Assembly (NCBI RefSeq): GCF_009914755.1
Contig: NC_060931.1
DNA: 64,000 nt
Reading direction: 5' to 3' (one strand)
Origin: the human T2T-CHM13v2.0 reference genome, Homo sapiens
Position numbers and translations under genes: made by a program. The first letter of the stretch is position 1, and each line of letters starts with the position of its first letter. Below are positions 1 to 14,180 of the stretch, piece after piece. A model generated the notes under the pieces. It saw only the letters and a program-made list of their open reading frames with translations. It was not told where the DNA came from and did not search any database.

Positions 1-1917
1 ATTAAATAAAATAACCTTTGAGATTATTGAGCCCCAGCCCTCTCATTTTACAAATGAGAACACTGAAACCCATACAGTAGGAACTAGCAAGAGAATGCAT
101 GTCTTATATTTTCTTTACCAGTAACTCTAAGATTTATACCACATACTTTGTTGTATTGATTTAGCTATCAATAATTATTTCAGACTTACTTAGGTAACAT
201 CACCTATGTTGGTTTTTAGTGATATTTTGTCGGTAAAGGCAGATTGGTTCTTTTGAAAATAAGTTCCATATTTCCCATCAGAAATTTTCTGATTATAAAT
301 CTATTTTAATTGCATATTATAAAATACTGAAAGTATAACAATAGAAGTGTAATAATGGTTGGGTTAGGATGTTGTATAATTAATTAGGTTTCTTTCTTAT
401 TGTATTTCTTCAGTGATTTTTGAAATGTCATTACCTCCAGTAAGAGAAATGACTACTGCCTCATCGTCCTTTATGATGTTTTACAATAGGACCTGTATAT
501 ACTTTGCCTGTATTTCATTTGTTTATTCAATGAACATTTTTTCAGCACCTTCACATTCCAGGCCCTGTTTTCAAGTTAGGGGACATAGTGGAAACCAAGA
601 CAAAGCCCCTGCCTTCCTGGACCTTATTTCTAGTGGCAGGTCTTACTCTCAGCCTGAATGTCTTCTCCTCTACATGCCTCTTCCATCTCCTTCCCCAGGA
701 CCATAGCAGACCCATGTCCCTACCAAGTTGATGTAATTAAGAAAAATAAAGTGGCTGAGTGTAGTGATTCACACCTGTAATCCCAACACGTTGGACTTAG
801 ATACTCAGAAGCTGGGCTGAAAGTCAAGTCTGAAGACAGAATCTGTGCTGTATTCAGAAGTGCCTCTGCCTTTTATAATTAAGAATTTTTTGACTGTGCC
901 AAATGTGCCTGTTCCTCTGCCCTGGAAGTGTCCTTCTTGCTTTATGCAAATAGATTTCTGGCAAACCACAGCCCCTCAATTGACCATTCATTCATGTTTG
1001 AATCTCAGCAAGCCCAATTAAGGTCAAAAAGAAAGTGGCCCTTCATTCCTCCCACTCTTACCTTCAGTTGATACAACACCCGCAGACTCCTGGATTCAGT
1101 AGACAAATGCCTGCCCCACCCCCACATCAACTTCACAGACAGACCTGCTAGCTTCCTATGTGACTTACTTGAGGGCCCTCAGAGGACCATCAGGTCTCTA
1201 CCCAGGACTCCCTTATTCCATTCTCTTGCCTGCAGCTGTTTTGGTTGCCAAAAGCATAAAATGTCTCCCAGTTGTTCAAGGCTAATTAAAGTGGTAGATA
1301 AAGTTACCCAGAGAGTCTCAGGTTAACACTTTGTTGGCAAAAAATAAAAAAGATTGCTTAATTTCCCCCCTTTTCACAATTGCTTTTTAACAATTTAAGA
1401 TTTCTAAAGATTTTACTTCAGGCAACTTTATTTCTCTGAAGTGTGCCTAAAGACTTCCTGAGTCAGCTTTCATGCTCCCACACTCATTACCACAAGGGTC
1501 TGTGGCAAAGAACTGGATACTTAGCCTAGCAAATTTGCTGATTCCAGACCTGATATGACAGCAATTCCCATGGTAGTTGGATCAGCCTGACAGAGTTGGC
1601 CAAGAGAAACACAATAATCATTTGAGATGCTATTTAGCCTGGTGAGTTTAAGTACCTTTTGGATTGTTTGATCCTACTGTACCAAACCTTCAATTAATTA
1701 CCGTGAAATGATTCTTAGTCATTGGTAGAAAAATTAGTCTCAACAGAGAGGAGGGGAGCAAACATTCACAAGATGAAATACTATTTTCACTGTCGAAAAC
1801 TATTTTCCTTTCTATTTAAGGCGTTTCTTGAAATTCCTCCTTTAGAGATTTAGTCCTTGGTATAAACTGTGCTGATTTAAAATTGCAAATGTATTTGAAA
1901 GGGAAAGCATATTAAGC

Positions 1918-2095
1918 CAAAGGTCAGCAACCTTTTCCTATAAAGGACCAAATAGTATTTCAGGCTTTGTGGGTCACATACTGTCTCTGTTGCAAATTCT
2001 CTTTTTTCTTTCCATATTTCACAACCCATTAAAAGTATAAAAACCATTCTTAGCTTGGGGGCTGCTGGGCCACGGGCCATAGTGTGCTAAGACCT
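1918..2095. mobile_element. MER58-like hAT DNA transposon relic
   Basis: GGTCAGCAACCTTTTCCTATAAAGGACCAAATAGTA...AAAACCATTCTTAGCT...GGGCCATAGT. Confidence 0.6.
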
Positions 2096-2219
2096 GCATT
2101 AAAAACGATAGTGAACTACTCACATATAACTAACTTCATTTGTTGATTACTATATTAAAGACATCCAAAAACTAGGAATTTTAAGAGAAAGTACATGGAG
2201 AGAAAAATAATATTTGAAA

Positions 2220-2450
2220 ACATTTATGTAATGCTATCTGCCATGCACAATTCTAATCATTTCACCTCTATTAACTCATTTTGTTGTATAATGGAAGTAA
2301 TATTATCTCCATTTTACAAATGGGGAAACTGAGATAGAGACTATGTAGCTTCCCCAAGCTCACGCAGGTAGTAAGTAAGGGAGCCAGCATTGCAACCTAA
2401 GAAGTCAGGCTCCAGCGTCTATGACTGTATTCACAATGCTATGCTGACAC
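2220..2450 (-). mobile_element. MIR
   Basis: CCATTTTACAAATGGGGAAACTGAG core. Confidence 0.65.
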
Positions 2451-2869
2451 TCGGGGAGACATAATACTTTAATTTACGTTAGAAAATACAAATAAAGAAG
2501 AAAGGAGCAAAAAAATAATAATTTCACTTATAATTCCATCACCTAGAAATAACCACTATTTATATTTTATTTATATTATTTTGGTTTCTATCCTTCCAGA
2601 ACATATGAAAGAATATAAAGCAAAAGAATATAAATAAAATATATAAACTAAGTATTTTAGGCATTGTGGGTGACATATTGTGTAGCTGTAACTGAAGCTA
2701 AGTTACAGTTATATGTGAGTAGCTCATTATAGTTTAATGGAGGTCTTAGCAGACTATGGCCTATATACATATACCCATAGAGTATATTGAATATTTTTAT
2801 TCAACCCTATGAGGCAGGTATCATAGTTTTGCAGATGAAACTGAGGCTCAGATGAATTAAGTGACTGTG

Positions 2870-3552
2870 TGTCTTCGTCCATTTTTGTGTTGCTATAAAG
2901 GATTACCTGAAGCTGAGTAATTTATAAAGAAAAGAAGTTCAATTGGCTCACAGTTCTGCAGGCTGTACAGGAAGCATGGCACTGACATCTTCTCAGCTTC
3001 TGGTGAGGGCCTCAGGAAGTTTACAATCATGGTGGAAGGCAAAGGGGGAGCAAGCGTCTCATGTGGCAAGAGGGAACAAACAGGAGACAGGAGGTGCCAC
3101 ACACTTTTAAACAACAGGATCTCACAAGAGCTTACTCTTACAAGGACAGCACCAAGAATATGAGGAATCTGCCCGCATGACCCAAACACTTCCCTCCAGG
3201 CCCCACCTCCAACACTGGGGATTACATCTCAACACTGGATTTGGAGGGGACATCCAAACTATATCAAGGCTGTACAAGAAGCTTGGTGCCAGCATTTGCT
3301 TCTACGCAGAGCCTCAGGCTGCTTCTACTCACAGTAAAAGGCAAAAGGGCATGCAAAGATCATGTGGCAAGAGAAGAAGTGAGGGATGGAGGATGCCATG
3401 CTCTTTTTAACAACCAGCTCTCATGGGAACCAAGAGGGACAACTCACTCATTATAGCACCAAGCCTGTATCCCTCCCATTATGCCCTACCTCCAACATCG
3501 AGGATCAAATTTCAACATGAGGTTTGGAGGCTCAAATATCCAAACAATGGCA
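2870..3552. mobile_element. MST-family MaLR LTR followed by a second partial MST LTR, inserted in a MIR
   Basis: GGCTCACAGTTCTGCAGGCTGTACAGGAAGCATGG...CATCCAAACTATATCA, then a restart at AGGCTGTACAAGAAGC; MIR pieces on both sides. Confidence 0.7.
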
Positions 3553-4111
3553 TTATGTCAGGATCATAAAGCTAATGTTTGTGAAACCAGGATCTGAACC
3601 CAAGCTATTGCTTCTAGAACCTGTACTCTTAAGCCCTTGCTTATACTGCATTTGAAATTATGCTTCATTGTATAAAAAGTCCTTTTCACCTCAAGCTTAT
3701 AGAGAAGTCACCTTGTTCTTAAAAAGTCCTTTACACTTCAAGTTCATAAAGCTCAGGCACATATATTTTCTTCCAGTACGTTCATTATTATTTTTCTTGG
3801 TTTTCCTTTAAATCTTTGAATCATCTGGATTTTATTTTGGAATGAGAAATGAAGTAGAAATTTATTTTTGTTTCTTTTCAGAATGGCTGGTCAATTGTCC
3901 TAACATCATTTAATGAATAGTATTTATTTCCCCTTTGCTTTGAAATACTACTTTATCATATACTAAATTATAAAGTAATCTTTTATTATCATTTTTGAAT
4001 GACTGCATTCCAGTTGTGGAAGATATTACTCAAAGTCTGTTGTGATTATCTAACTTAAGTGTTGATATGAAGAAAGGAAAGTAGGTTTCAGCCTGATTTA
4101 AGAATTTTCCT

Positions 4112-7002
4112 CCTCTCCCTCTCCCTCTCCCTCTCCCTCTCCCTCTCCCTCCCCCTCCCCCTCCCCCTCCCTGTCTCCCTCTCTCTCTCCCTCTCTTTCT
4201 ACATCTCCCTCTCTTGCCGAGCCTGGACTGTACTGCCATGATCTCGGCTCACTGCAACCTCTCTGCCTCAGGCTCCCATGATTCTCCTGCCTCGGCCTGC
4301 TGAGTGCCTGGGATTCCAGGCACGCACCACCACTCCTGACTGATTTTTGTATTTTTGGTGGAGACGGGGTTTCACTGTGTTGACCGGGCTGGTCTCCAGC
4401 TCCTGGCCTCGGGTGATCTGCCCCCCTCAGCCTCCCGAGGTGCTGGGATTGCAGACGGAGTCTCGCTCACTCAACGCTCAATGTTGTCCAGGCTGGAGTG
4501 CAGTGGTGTGATCTCAGCTCGCTACAACCTCCACCTCCCAGCCGCCTGCCTTGGCATCCCAAAGTGCTAAGATTATAGCCTCTGCCTGCCCGCCACCCCG
4601 TCTAGGAAGTGAGCAGCGTCTCTGCCTGACCACCCATCGTCTGGGATATGAGGAGCCCCTCTGCCCAGCTGCCCCGTCTAGGAAGTGAGGAGCGCCTCTG
4701 CCCGGCCGCCAACCCGTCTAGGAAGTGAGGAGCGTCTCTGCCTGGCCACCCATCATCTGGGATGTGAGGAGCGCCTCTGCCCGGCCGCCCTGTCTGGGAA
4801 GTGAGGAGCGCCTCTGCCCAGCTGCCCCAAATGGGAAGTGAGGACCGCCTCTGCCTGGCCGCCCTGTCTGGGAAGTGAGGAGCGCCTCTGCCCGGCCGCC
4901 CCATCTGGGATGTGAGGAGCGCCTCTGCCCGGCCGCCACCCCGCCTGGGAGGCAAGGAGCGCCTCTGACTGGCAGCCCCATCTGGCAACTGAGGAGCGCC
5001 TCTGCCCGGCCGCCACCCCATCTGGGAAGTGGGGAGCGCCTCTGCCCGGCCGCCCCATCTGGGATGTGAGGAGTGCCTCTGCCCGGCCGCCCCGTCTGGG
5101 AAGTGAGGAGCGCCTCTGCCCGGCCACCCTGTCTGGGATGTGGGGAGCGCCTCTGCCCAGCCGCCACCCCGTCTAGGAAGTGGGGAGCACCTCTGCCCGG
5201 CCGCCCTGTCTGGAAAGTGAGGAGCACCTCTTCCCAGCCACCACCCTGTCTGGGATGTGAGGAGCACCTCTGCCCGGCCGCCCCGTCTGAGAGGTGAGGA
5301 GCGCCTCTGCCCGGCAGCTGCCCCGTCTGGAAAGTGAGGAGCATCTCTGCCCGGCAGCCCCGTCTGGGAAGTGGGGAGCGCCTCTGCCCAGCCGCCCCAT
5401 CTGGGAGGTGGGGAGCACCTCTGCCCGGCCGCCCCGTCTGGGAGGTGGGGAGCACCTCTGCCCGGCCACCCATCATCTGGGAAGTGAGGAGCGCCTCTGC
5501 CTGGCCGCCCATCATCTGTGATGTGAGGAGCACCTCTGCCCGGCCGCCCCGTCTGGGAAGTGGGGAACGCCTCTGCCCGGCTGCCCATCGTCTGGGAAGT
5601 GAGGAGCGCCTGTGCCCGGCCACCCATCGTCTGTGATGTGAGGAGCGCCTCTGCCTGGCTGCCCCATCTGGGAGGTAAGGAGCGCCTCTGCCCGGCCGCC
5701 CCGTCTGGGAGGTGAGGAGTGTCTCTGCCCGCCCGCCCATCATCTGGGAAGTGAGGAGCGCCTCTGCCCAGCCGCCCATCGTCTGGGATGTGAGGAGCAC
5801 CTCTGGCTGGCCGCCATTCGTCTGGGAGGTGAGAAGCGCCTCTGCCCAGCCGCCCCATCTGGGAAGTGAGGAGCACCTCTGCCCAGCCTCCCCGTCTGGG
5901 AGGTGAGGAGCACCTCTGCCCGGCCTCCCCATCTGGGAGATGAGGAGCGTCTCTGCCCGGCTGCCCCGTCTGGGAGGTGAGGAGCACCTCTGCCCGGCCG
6001 CCCCGTCTGGGAGGTGGGGAGCACCTCTGCCCGGCCGCCCATCGTCTGGGAAGTGAGGAGCGCCTCTGCCCGGCCGCCCATCATCTGTGATGTGAGGAGC
6101 ACCTCTGCCGGGCCGCCCCGTCTGGGAAGTGGGGAACGCCTCTGCCCGGCTGCCCATCGTCTGGGAAGTGAGGAGCGCCTGTGCCCGGCCACCCATCGTC
6201 TGTGATGTGAGGAGCGCCTCTGCCCGGCTGCCCCATCTGGGAGGTGAGGAGCGCCTCCGCCCGGCCGCCCTGTCTGGGAGGTGAGGAGTGTCTCTGCCCG
6301 CCCGCCCATCATCTGGGAAGTGAGGAGCGCCTCTGCCCAGCCGCCCATCGTCTGGGATGTGAGGAGCGCCTCTGCCCAGCTGCCCATCGTCTGGGATGTG
6401 AGGAGCGCCTCTGCCTGGCTGCCCCATCTGGGAAGTGAGAAGCGCCTCTGCCCGGCCATCTCATCTGGGAGGTGTACCCAACAGCTCCGAAGAGACAGCG
6501 ACCATCGAGAACGGGCCATGATGACGATGGCGCTTTTGTCGAAAAGAAAAGGGGGAAATGTGGGGAAAAGAAAGAGAGATCAGATTGTTACTGTGTCTGG
6601 TAGAAAGAAGTAGACATAGGAGACTCCATTTTGTTCTGTACTAAGGAAAATTCTTCTGCTTTGGGATGCTGTTAATCTATAACCTTACCCCCAACCCCGT
6701 GCTCTCTGAAACATGTGCTGTGTCAACTCAGGGTTAAATGGATTAAGGGTGGTGCAAGATGCGCTTTGTTAAACAGATGCTTGAAGGCAGCATGCTCGTT
6801 AAGAGTCATCACCACTCCCTAATCTCAAGTACCCAGGGACACAAACACTGCGGAAGGCCACAGGGACCTCTGCCTAGGAAAACCAGAGACCTCTGTTCAC
6901 GTGTTTATCTGCTGACCTTCTATCCACTATTATCCTATGACCCTGCCACATACCCCTCTCCGAGAAACACCCAAGAATGATCAATAAATACTAAAAAAAA
7001 AA
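4112..7002 (+). mobile_element. Full-length SVA retrotransposon, likely SVA_A
   Basis: (CCCTCT)n ~4112-4200; antisense Alu-like ~4215-4580; VNTR ~4580-6470; SINE-R ~6470-6990 with the longer old-type CAGCTCCGAAGAGACAGCGACCATCGAGAACGGG segment; AATAAA 6983; A tail; TSD AAGAATTTTCCT at 4100-4111 and 7003-7014. Confidence 0.95.
4580..6470 (+). repeat. SVA VNTR, ~37-41 bp GC-rich units
   Basis: Tandem units of the form GCCTCTGCCCGGCCGCCCC(A/G)TCTGGGAAGTGAGGAGC. Confidence 0.95.
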
Positions 7003-7119
7003 AAGAATTTTCCTTTATAGATTATTTTTCTTTTTAACAAAATTAAAAGGATTTAGTTAAGCATATTTTGGTTCAAACTTTCCAGTTGTTATAGAAGTGT
7101 GAAAAATGCAAACTGAGCT

Positions 7120-7760
7120 TGAAGGAATATTGAATATCTTGTCCAACCCCCGTTATTTATAGATAAGGAAACTGAGGTCCAAAATGGTAAAAATTATTAT
7201 TTAACAAATAATGTTGCTAGTTAGTGACTATTACACAGGATTCTTTCAATTGCAGGTGGCAGAAATGCACCTCAAGCTAACTCAACCCAAAAAGGGAAAC
7301 AGCACAATTATTTTCTCCTATGGGAAAAAGGCAGAGATGTCCTCAGGCACAACTGAATCCAGGAATTAAATTAGATCCACCGCTCTCTCTGTATCTCATC
7401 TCAGCTTCTCTCTGTACGTAGTCCTAATTTTCTCAGGCTCTCCTGTGCAACAAGGTATATGGCTACCAGTATCTCTAAGGTTGCAACCTTTTAACTGGAA
7501 ACGTAAAGGAAAGAGAGAAATTCTAACTATTAGTCTTTGAACATCAAATCCAAAATAAATATTCCGATTAGCTTCTTTGAGTCATATGACCATCCCATTA
7601 TTTTGGAGGTGGGGTGGAGGTGGCAGGATATGTAATTGGCAGTTCCAGAAAAACCATCTGGAGTTGGAGAAAGGAAGTTAAGGGAAATAGGAGCTCACTA
7701 TTACTAGCATGAAGGAAGGGAGGTTGGACAGACAAAAGCATCTACTGTCCACCAGGGCAG
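7120..7760. mobile_element. MIR fragment followed by an MLT1-like relic
   Basis: GATAAGGAAACTGAGGTCC core, then degenerate MaLR-like sequence. Confidence 0.4.
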
Positions 7761-8729
7761 CTGGAGACCCTGAATTGGAGTTGGGGGTCTTTGATCTTTC
7801 ATTCAATCATCTTTTCATTTCTCTATTTATTCATTCAACACATAGTTACTGAGCAGTCTATGAGGATTGTATTTAGCTGCAAGCAACAGAATCTCCAGTC
7901 AGTGATGGCTTGTATAGCAAAAAGTGTAGAGATAGGAGTTAACTGTTCACATTGTTTTCTAACACCATGTAGTCTCACCGTTTCTCAAGCACACCCTTGC
8001 GCTTCCTTGCCCCTGGTCCTTTGTTTGCTCCTCTTCTCTCCATCTTTACTTGTTAGTCACTTAACCCACAGGGCAATATCGTCTCTCCCTGAAGGTTTCC
8101 CAAATCCACTTCTTTCCCACTTTTGTATAAATCAGAATAAATATTTCCCAATTCTGTATGTATGTAACACTTTGTTCAATCATTATAACACTGAATTCAT
8201 TCTACCATGTGTTAAAATTAATTTGTTGCATATGTATCGATCTTCTCCACAGTTAGAAATTCCTTGAGGACACAGACTTTTCTCCATTTTTGTGGAATAC
8301 AGGTGTCAACATCCTCCATCCTCTGTCTCTGCCAGCTATACATGCTCCCTGCTGGAGCTAGAACCTAGGACCACTTTGAGTTCTGCTAAAGTAAACCACA
8401 TCACCTGTGAACATTAGTGAGCATTAGTGAGCAATATAGACTTCATTGCAAGTTTGTCAAGGGGTTACATACCATACCAAACAGAAAAACAACATTGAGA
8501 TCTCCTGTTAAACTCACTGGCCTACATTTTCTTCTTACTGACTGATTGGTCCTCAGGCCTCCAGACTCCCCATTATTTTGTCCCAATTCAGCTGTGCCCT
8601 AGCCCCATCTTCACACTGGCACCCCCAAACCCAGTATGAGGCTCAGCAAAATAAAGTTTCATCTAGGTAATAGGCCTTACCCTTGTTAGTGGATAGTGGG
8701 GATTTAAAATAGCAGATAATATTGTATTT

Positions 8730-8930
8730 AGTAATAGTTAATATTTTTTAAGGATTTATTATGTGTGAAGTACTACTTTCCCTGCAAGGCAGGTTTTATT
8801 ATCCCCGTTTTACAGTGCAGAAAAGGGAGTCACAAAGAGGTTAAATAAATAGCCCCGTATCACACAGCTAGGAAATAGGAACCAGAAATTGAACCCAGGC
8901 TATCTAAATCCAGAGCTTGGGCCCTAATAA
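8730..8930 (-). mobile_element. MIR
   Basis: TTATCCCCGTTTTACAG...CACACAGCTAG...GAACCCAGG. Confidence 0.6.
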
Positions 8931-9826
8931 ATATACCCTACTAACCTTTATAGAACATAATGCAGTGCCTTCCCTAGTAAGGTATCAATATGTTAGCTGG
9001 ATTAAATTTACTTGCATAAGAGCATCAGAAACACTCTAACCTCTTATATTTCTAACTAACATGTCATTATGTCATTTTATTCATGAATATCTAAAGCTTT
9101 CTGTTTTTACTAGTATTATATGAATGAATGAATGGATGAGCCTACTAATTTATTGACTCTGGAACTCAGATTCCTCATCTGAAAATTATTTTATTGGTCA
9201 TATAATATCCACCATTATATCATTGCTTATATAATATCCTCCATGTGGGTGCCAGAGAAACCATGAAATATAAGAAATACCTCCTACTTTTGGCAAGTCT
9301 AGTGGAGATATTTACAGTCTGAAAGAAAAAGGTGAACCAAGTGATATCGAAGGCCCCTTCCAGCTCTAAAATTCTAAGATTCTATTTAGTGGGAGATTTG
9401 CTCACATTGTACCTAAGTGGTAGATTTTTTATTACAAGAAGATGGCTCATACTTCCTCCCCTCCTAAGTGCAAAAAGAGTAAACTCTGATACATTTTAAA
9501 TGACTACTGCCCTTGCTAGGCACTTGAAGAGGAGACAAGTACTGCTTGTCATATAACCACTGAGGAGTGAATAATACAGGGCTGCCTCAAAGCAAAATAA
9601 TGAAGAATAGGAAGCCTTACTTTATTGCACTGCCCCCTGCCAGCCTTCCTCATTGCTCTACTAACTCCAATACGTACTAACCAGTGCCCTCCAGATCCCA
9701 CTTGACACTAGCCACACCAGCCAAACGCGAAGTTTCCCCTTCTCCAGAACTGCCTGTACAGCTTCCTTCTTCACTTTTACCCATGAGGTGGATGCTTGAC
9801 TCTTTCACCTCTGTATACTTCATATC

Positions 9827-10023
9827 CTGTGGTTCTCAATCCTAGCTTCTATTAACATCACCTAGGGAGCTTTGTAAACATACAGAAGCCCAGCTGTTCA
9901 CCCCCAGAGATTCTGATTTAATGGGTTTGACATGAGGCCCAGATATTGGTCTGATTTTCATTGTTTTTCTTTTTAATTTCCAGCAGATTATTCTAATATA
10001 TAGCCAGAATTGAGAACTACTGC
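9827..10023. mobile_element. MER5-family DNA transposon
   Basis: Inverted termini CTGTGGTTCTCAA / TTGAGAACTACTG; internal AGAGATTCTGATTTAAT. Confidence 0.7.
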
Positions 10024-11146
10024 ACCTTTGAAACCAGAGTTGCTTAATTTTTACCTGCTGGTTAAGCCCTTACTCTGGATTCTGGGGTCAATTCTGATCT
10101 CAGCCAGGGAGTATTCAAGGATTCTTAGGCCAGCAGCTCAGCGGCTCAACTCTCAGAGCTTAATCCCACAGTGGCCTGGACTCCCAGTTGCAGTAATTAC
10201 AGGCTGTTGTTGTTCATTGTGACTAAGCCTCTCCCCCAAAGGAACGTGAGTGATAAAAGGAGAAAGAGTTGCTGGGCAGACAAAATGGCAGGTGTTTAAT
10301 GCCCTCCCACTTCTTTCTGCCCCCATCCCCTACTCTCAACATTTTAACAAACTTGTACTGAGTAAATAGTGTCACTTAGTGACAAGCATGCATAGGAAAT
10401 CATCTGACCAAACATCTCTTCAGCCATGCTTTATGTCAAGCTGCCAAATATTTCTCTTTATTTCACTACATACCTCTTTAGTGATACCTTAATAATCTCT
10501 TTCCCACAGATGACTCATCTTTAATCCCCTTCCCTTTCTTCTCCCTCTTTTAACTTGTACCTAGTTAATTCCAGAATCCTCTCCTCTCCTTTGATTCATG
10601 TTTACAAACCTCTCCCCCAGTGCTGACTGTATTCATGTCTAAGCATAAGACTGGTATAAATGTTATTTTTTTCCTTTTTCTTGGAACCCCATATACATTG
10701 GAATATCAGTGGTTTATTTAAACCAAAGAAAAAGAAAACTAAATTTTTTAAACATGGAATTTTGATATGAAAATAAAGAACATCTAGTGTCCATAAAAGT
10801 ACTATTATTTGATACTTGTTTGGCAATCTTTTTTTTTTCACTGTTTTTTCTGCTTTTTTTTTTTTAACAACACTTCATTGGTGTGGGTTATTCTCAGAAC
10901 ATTAGCACCATCTGTAACACTGTTTAAATTGGAAATTCTACTCTAAGTACCAAAGTTTTGGAACCCAGCTCATCTGTAAATTGAGGACTGCATGAATATG
11001 CCTAACAGCATGCTGGGCACCACATTAACTAAGAAATCCACTTTGCCAGTGTCAGAGGGAATTGTTTTTAAGGTTTGCCAAAGGAGAGGAATGCATATGA
11101 AGGCAGACTTTAATAGCATATGTTTCTGTGGATAAGACTGATGACT

Positions 11147-11466
<320 letters not shown>

Positions 11467-12635
11467 TCAGTGAGGTATAGGGAGTTATTCTCTTGTTTGC
11501 CCCAGCAGAATCTGCCATATATGATGTTCTTAGTGCCAAGCACTAAGACACAGCACCAGTGAACCCATTAATTACTATGAGAATTTGTCGAAGCAGTTCC
11601 TATTATCATGCCTGGAACTATTCTCAGAAAGGTGCTTTTAAATTTTAAGTATTTGTATAATTAAAGTAAGTACTCCAAAGTATGTTCATTTTTCCTGACA
11701 TTAAATATAAACCTAACCTTGATTCTGTTCTCTATTTTGACCAGGCAGTGTGATCCTCTGTGAACATTAGCAGAAGACCAAAAAAAAAAAAAAAATCAAA
11801 TGTTGAAAGCACATAAACAATTAATTTTTTTCTATTATGCAGTGAAGTGTATGTTCTGTATTGCCCTTGAAAATAATGCAATCATGATTTGTGATCTGTA
11901 TGTATTTTTAGTACATATTCAAATTAGCCATTATGAATCAAGTATCCTAAAATCATTTAATTAATTAGCTGCATTATTTAAACCCCTACTTAAATTTCTT
12001 CCCTAGACATATTATTCCTACAGACTAAATTATTCATCTCACCAAACTTTCTAGACTGACAAAGCCACTTGCTTTCTAGCTAAAATGATATTGTGAAAGT
12101 GAGTATCTGCTCAACAAATACTTTTTCTTTTATTAAAAGATAAGGGTAAAGAGCCATCATGTCTAAAAATAGCTACTTGGAGCTTAAAATCTGTCAGACC
12201 ATATGTTGTAGGACTCCAAGATCCAGGAAACAAAGTCATTCTTCTCCTGGGGATATGTGTTATTACAATCATTCTAGAAGATTAAGTGCCAGTTCATTTG
12301 TATAACTGTCCAGTCATGTAAACATCCTCAGAAGAGAAACAGATATGAATTCCTGGGGATGGTGAAGGAAAAACATTAGTGAATTGGAACTGAACTGATC
12401 TGCATGCTTTTGTGCCTGTGTTGTGAGAATCCATATGAGCATGTGATTTTTTTTCTAGTATCCTTAAGATTTATTTTCAGGAAAAAAGTTTTACTTTTCT
12501 TGTTTCTCATTGAATGTCAATGGGATGGCCACAAAATATAGGATTTGAGATAGTCTTTGCCTATAAGCAAGATAGCATTTTACAAAGCATTATAGTGTCT
12601 TTGTAATTCTTTTTTCCACATTGAAATTTTAACAT

Positions 12636-12971
<336 letters not shown>

Positions 12972-13499
12972 TAAAGCTTTGACATAAGTTCTCAAACATA
13001 TTGCCATTAATCTCTAAATATGTCTTACATATATAGTGCACATTTTATAATGTTTTACATATTTTGTGTGGTGTTCACTTAATCATCTTCAGAAATTTAA
13101 TTACAATATGCTATTAGATAATCATTCTGAGACTGTGTACATAGTACATTGAAGCGGTGTGGCAGGTACTCAGTTTGGACCACAGACAATTGCAACCTCC
13201 AAATGGGATTTTTTTCTACATTAGTAACTATCAAATCTCCACTTCTCTTTAGATCAGAGAGACCCAACTACATTGGCATATTTACAAAGCCAAACACTTT
13301 TTAAATGCTGAGGTTGAGAGGTCCAAGTCTTCTCCAATTACTTGGGAATGATTGTGCAGACTAGTTGTAAAGGTAGAAATGTATATTCTTTGTCAACTAA
13401 TAAAAGAACTTAAGTCCTTTTCAAGTGATGGAGAAGGTGGGAGGAAATGAATTTCATTTCAGTGTGTTACTTCTAGGTCATGAGGCCATATTTGTTTTA

Positions 13500-14180
13500 G
13501 TTTTTAAAATTATATGTGTGTGTATATGGATTTACATACACATGATACCAAAATACAAAAGCATGTATAATAAAAACTAAGTCTCTCTACCTTTCCTCTA
13601 CTTTTTCTCTTTTCCCAAAATGGGAAAAAGTTACTCATTTTCCCTCTTTGGAAGCAAACACTATACCCAGTTTCTTGAAGATTCTTCCAGTGACAACCTA
13701 TTCATTTGCCAACATACCTGCATAAATTTTCCCTCTTTTTCTCTTTTTCTCTCCCTCTCCCTCACCCCCGACTCTGTCCTTTCACACACCAGATAGTATA
13801 TCATATATTTTGCTCTGTTCCTTGATTTTTCACTCTTGGCAATTGTTCCAAATCAGTATATATAAAAGTCATTATTCAAGCTAGTAGCTGCATAGTGATC
13901 CATTGTATGAATATATCATAATTCATCTAAACAGTCTCTATGATGAGTGTTTAGATGTTTTTTCATCTTTTACTATTGCAAATACTCTGCAACAAATATT
14001 TTATTTGCATATGCTTTGGGTTGCACATATGCAAGATTATCTATACAATAAATACCTAAGAGTTGACATTATTAGATCAAAGAGTATGAGCATTTTTAAT
14101 TTTGACAAATAGAACCAAATTGCCCTCCAAAAAAGTTGTACCAATTTTCATTTCCAACAGTAATGCATGAGAAGGAAGTC
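13500..14180 (-). mobile_element. Old L1M (L1ME-like) 3' relic
   Basis: CAAATTGCCCTCCAAAAAAGTTGTACCAATTT...CCAACAG...ATGAGA motif. Confidence 0.6.

Noticed and set aside
1-1900. MTERF1 promoter or exons at the left edge
   Set aside because: No CpG island or MTERF1 coding sequence is visible; if adjacent, it lies outside the window.
4580-6470. Array of ~40-bp repeats superficially like a CRISPR array
   Set aside because: Contiguous degenerate units with no unique spacers, no cas genes, and primate SVA context.
4602-6519. Long - strand ORFs of 461, 569 and 259 aa
   Set aside because: They lie within the SVA VNTR and adjacent SINE-R edge; the repetitive translations come from stop-poor GC-rich units.
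7791-8267. 158-aa hydrophobic ORF
   Set aside because: TTG start, overlaps degenerate L2/MaLR-like sequence, no recognisable domain.
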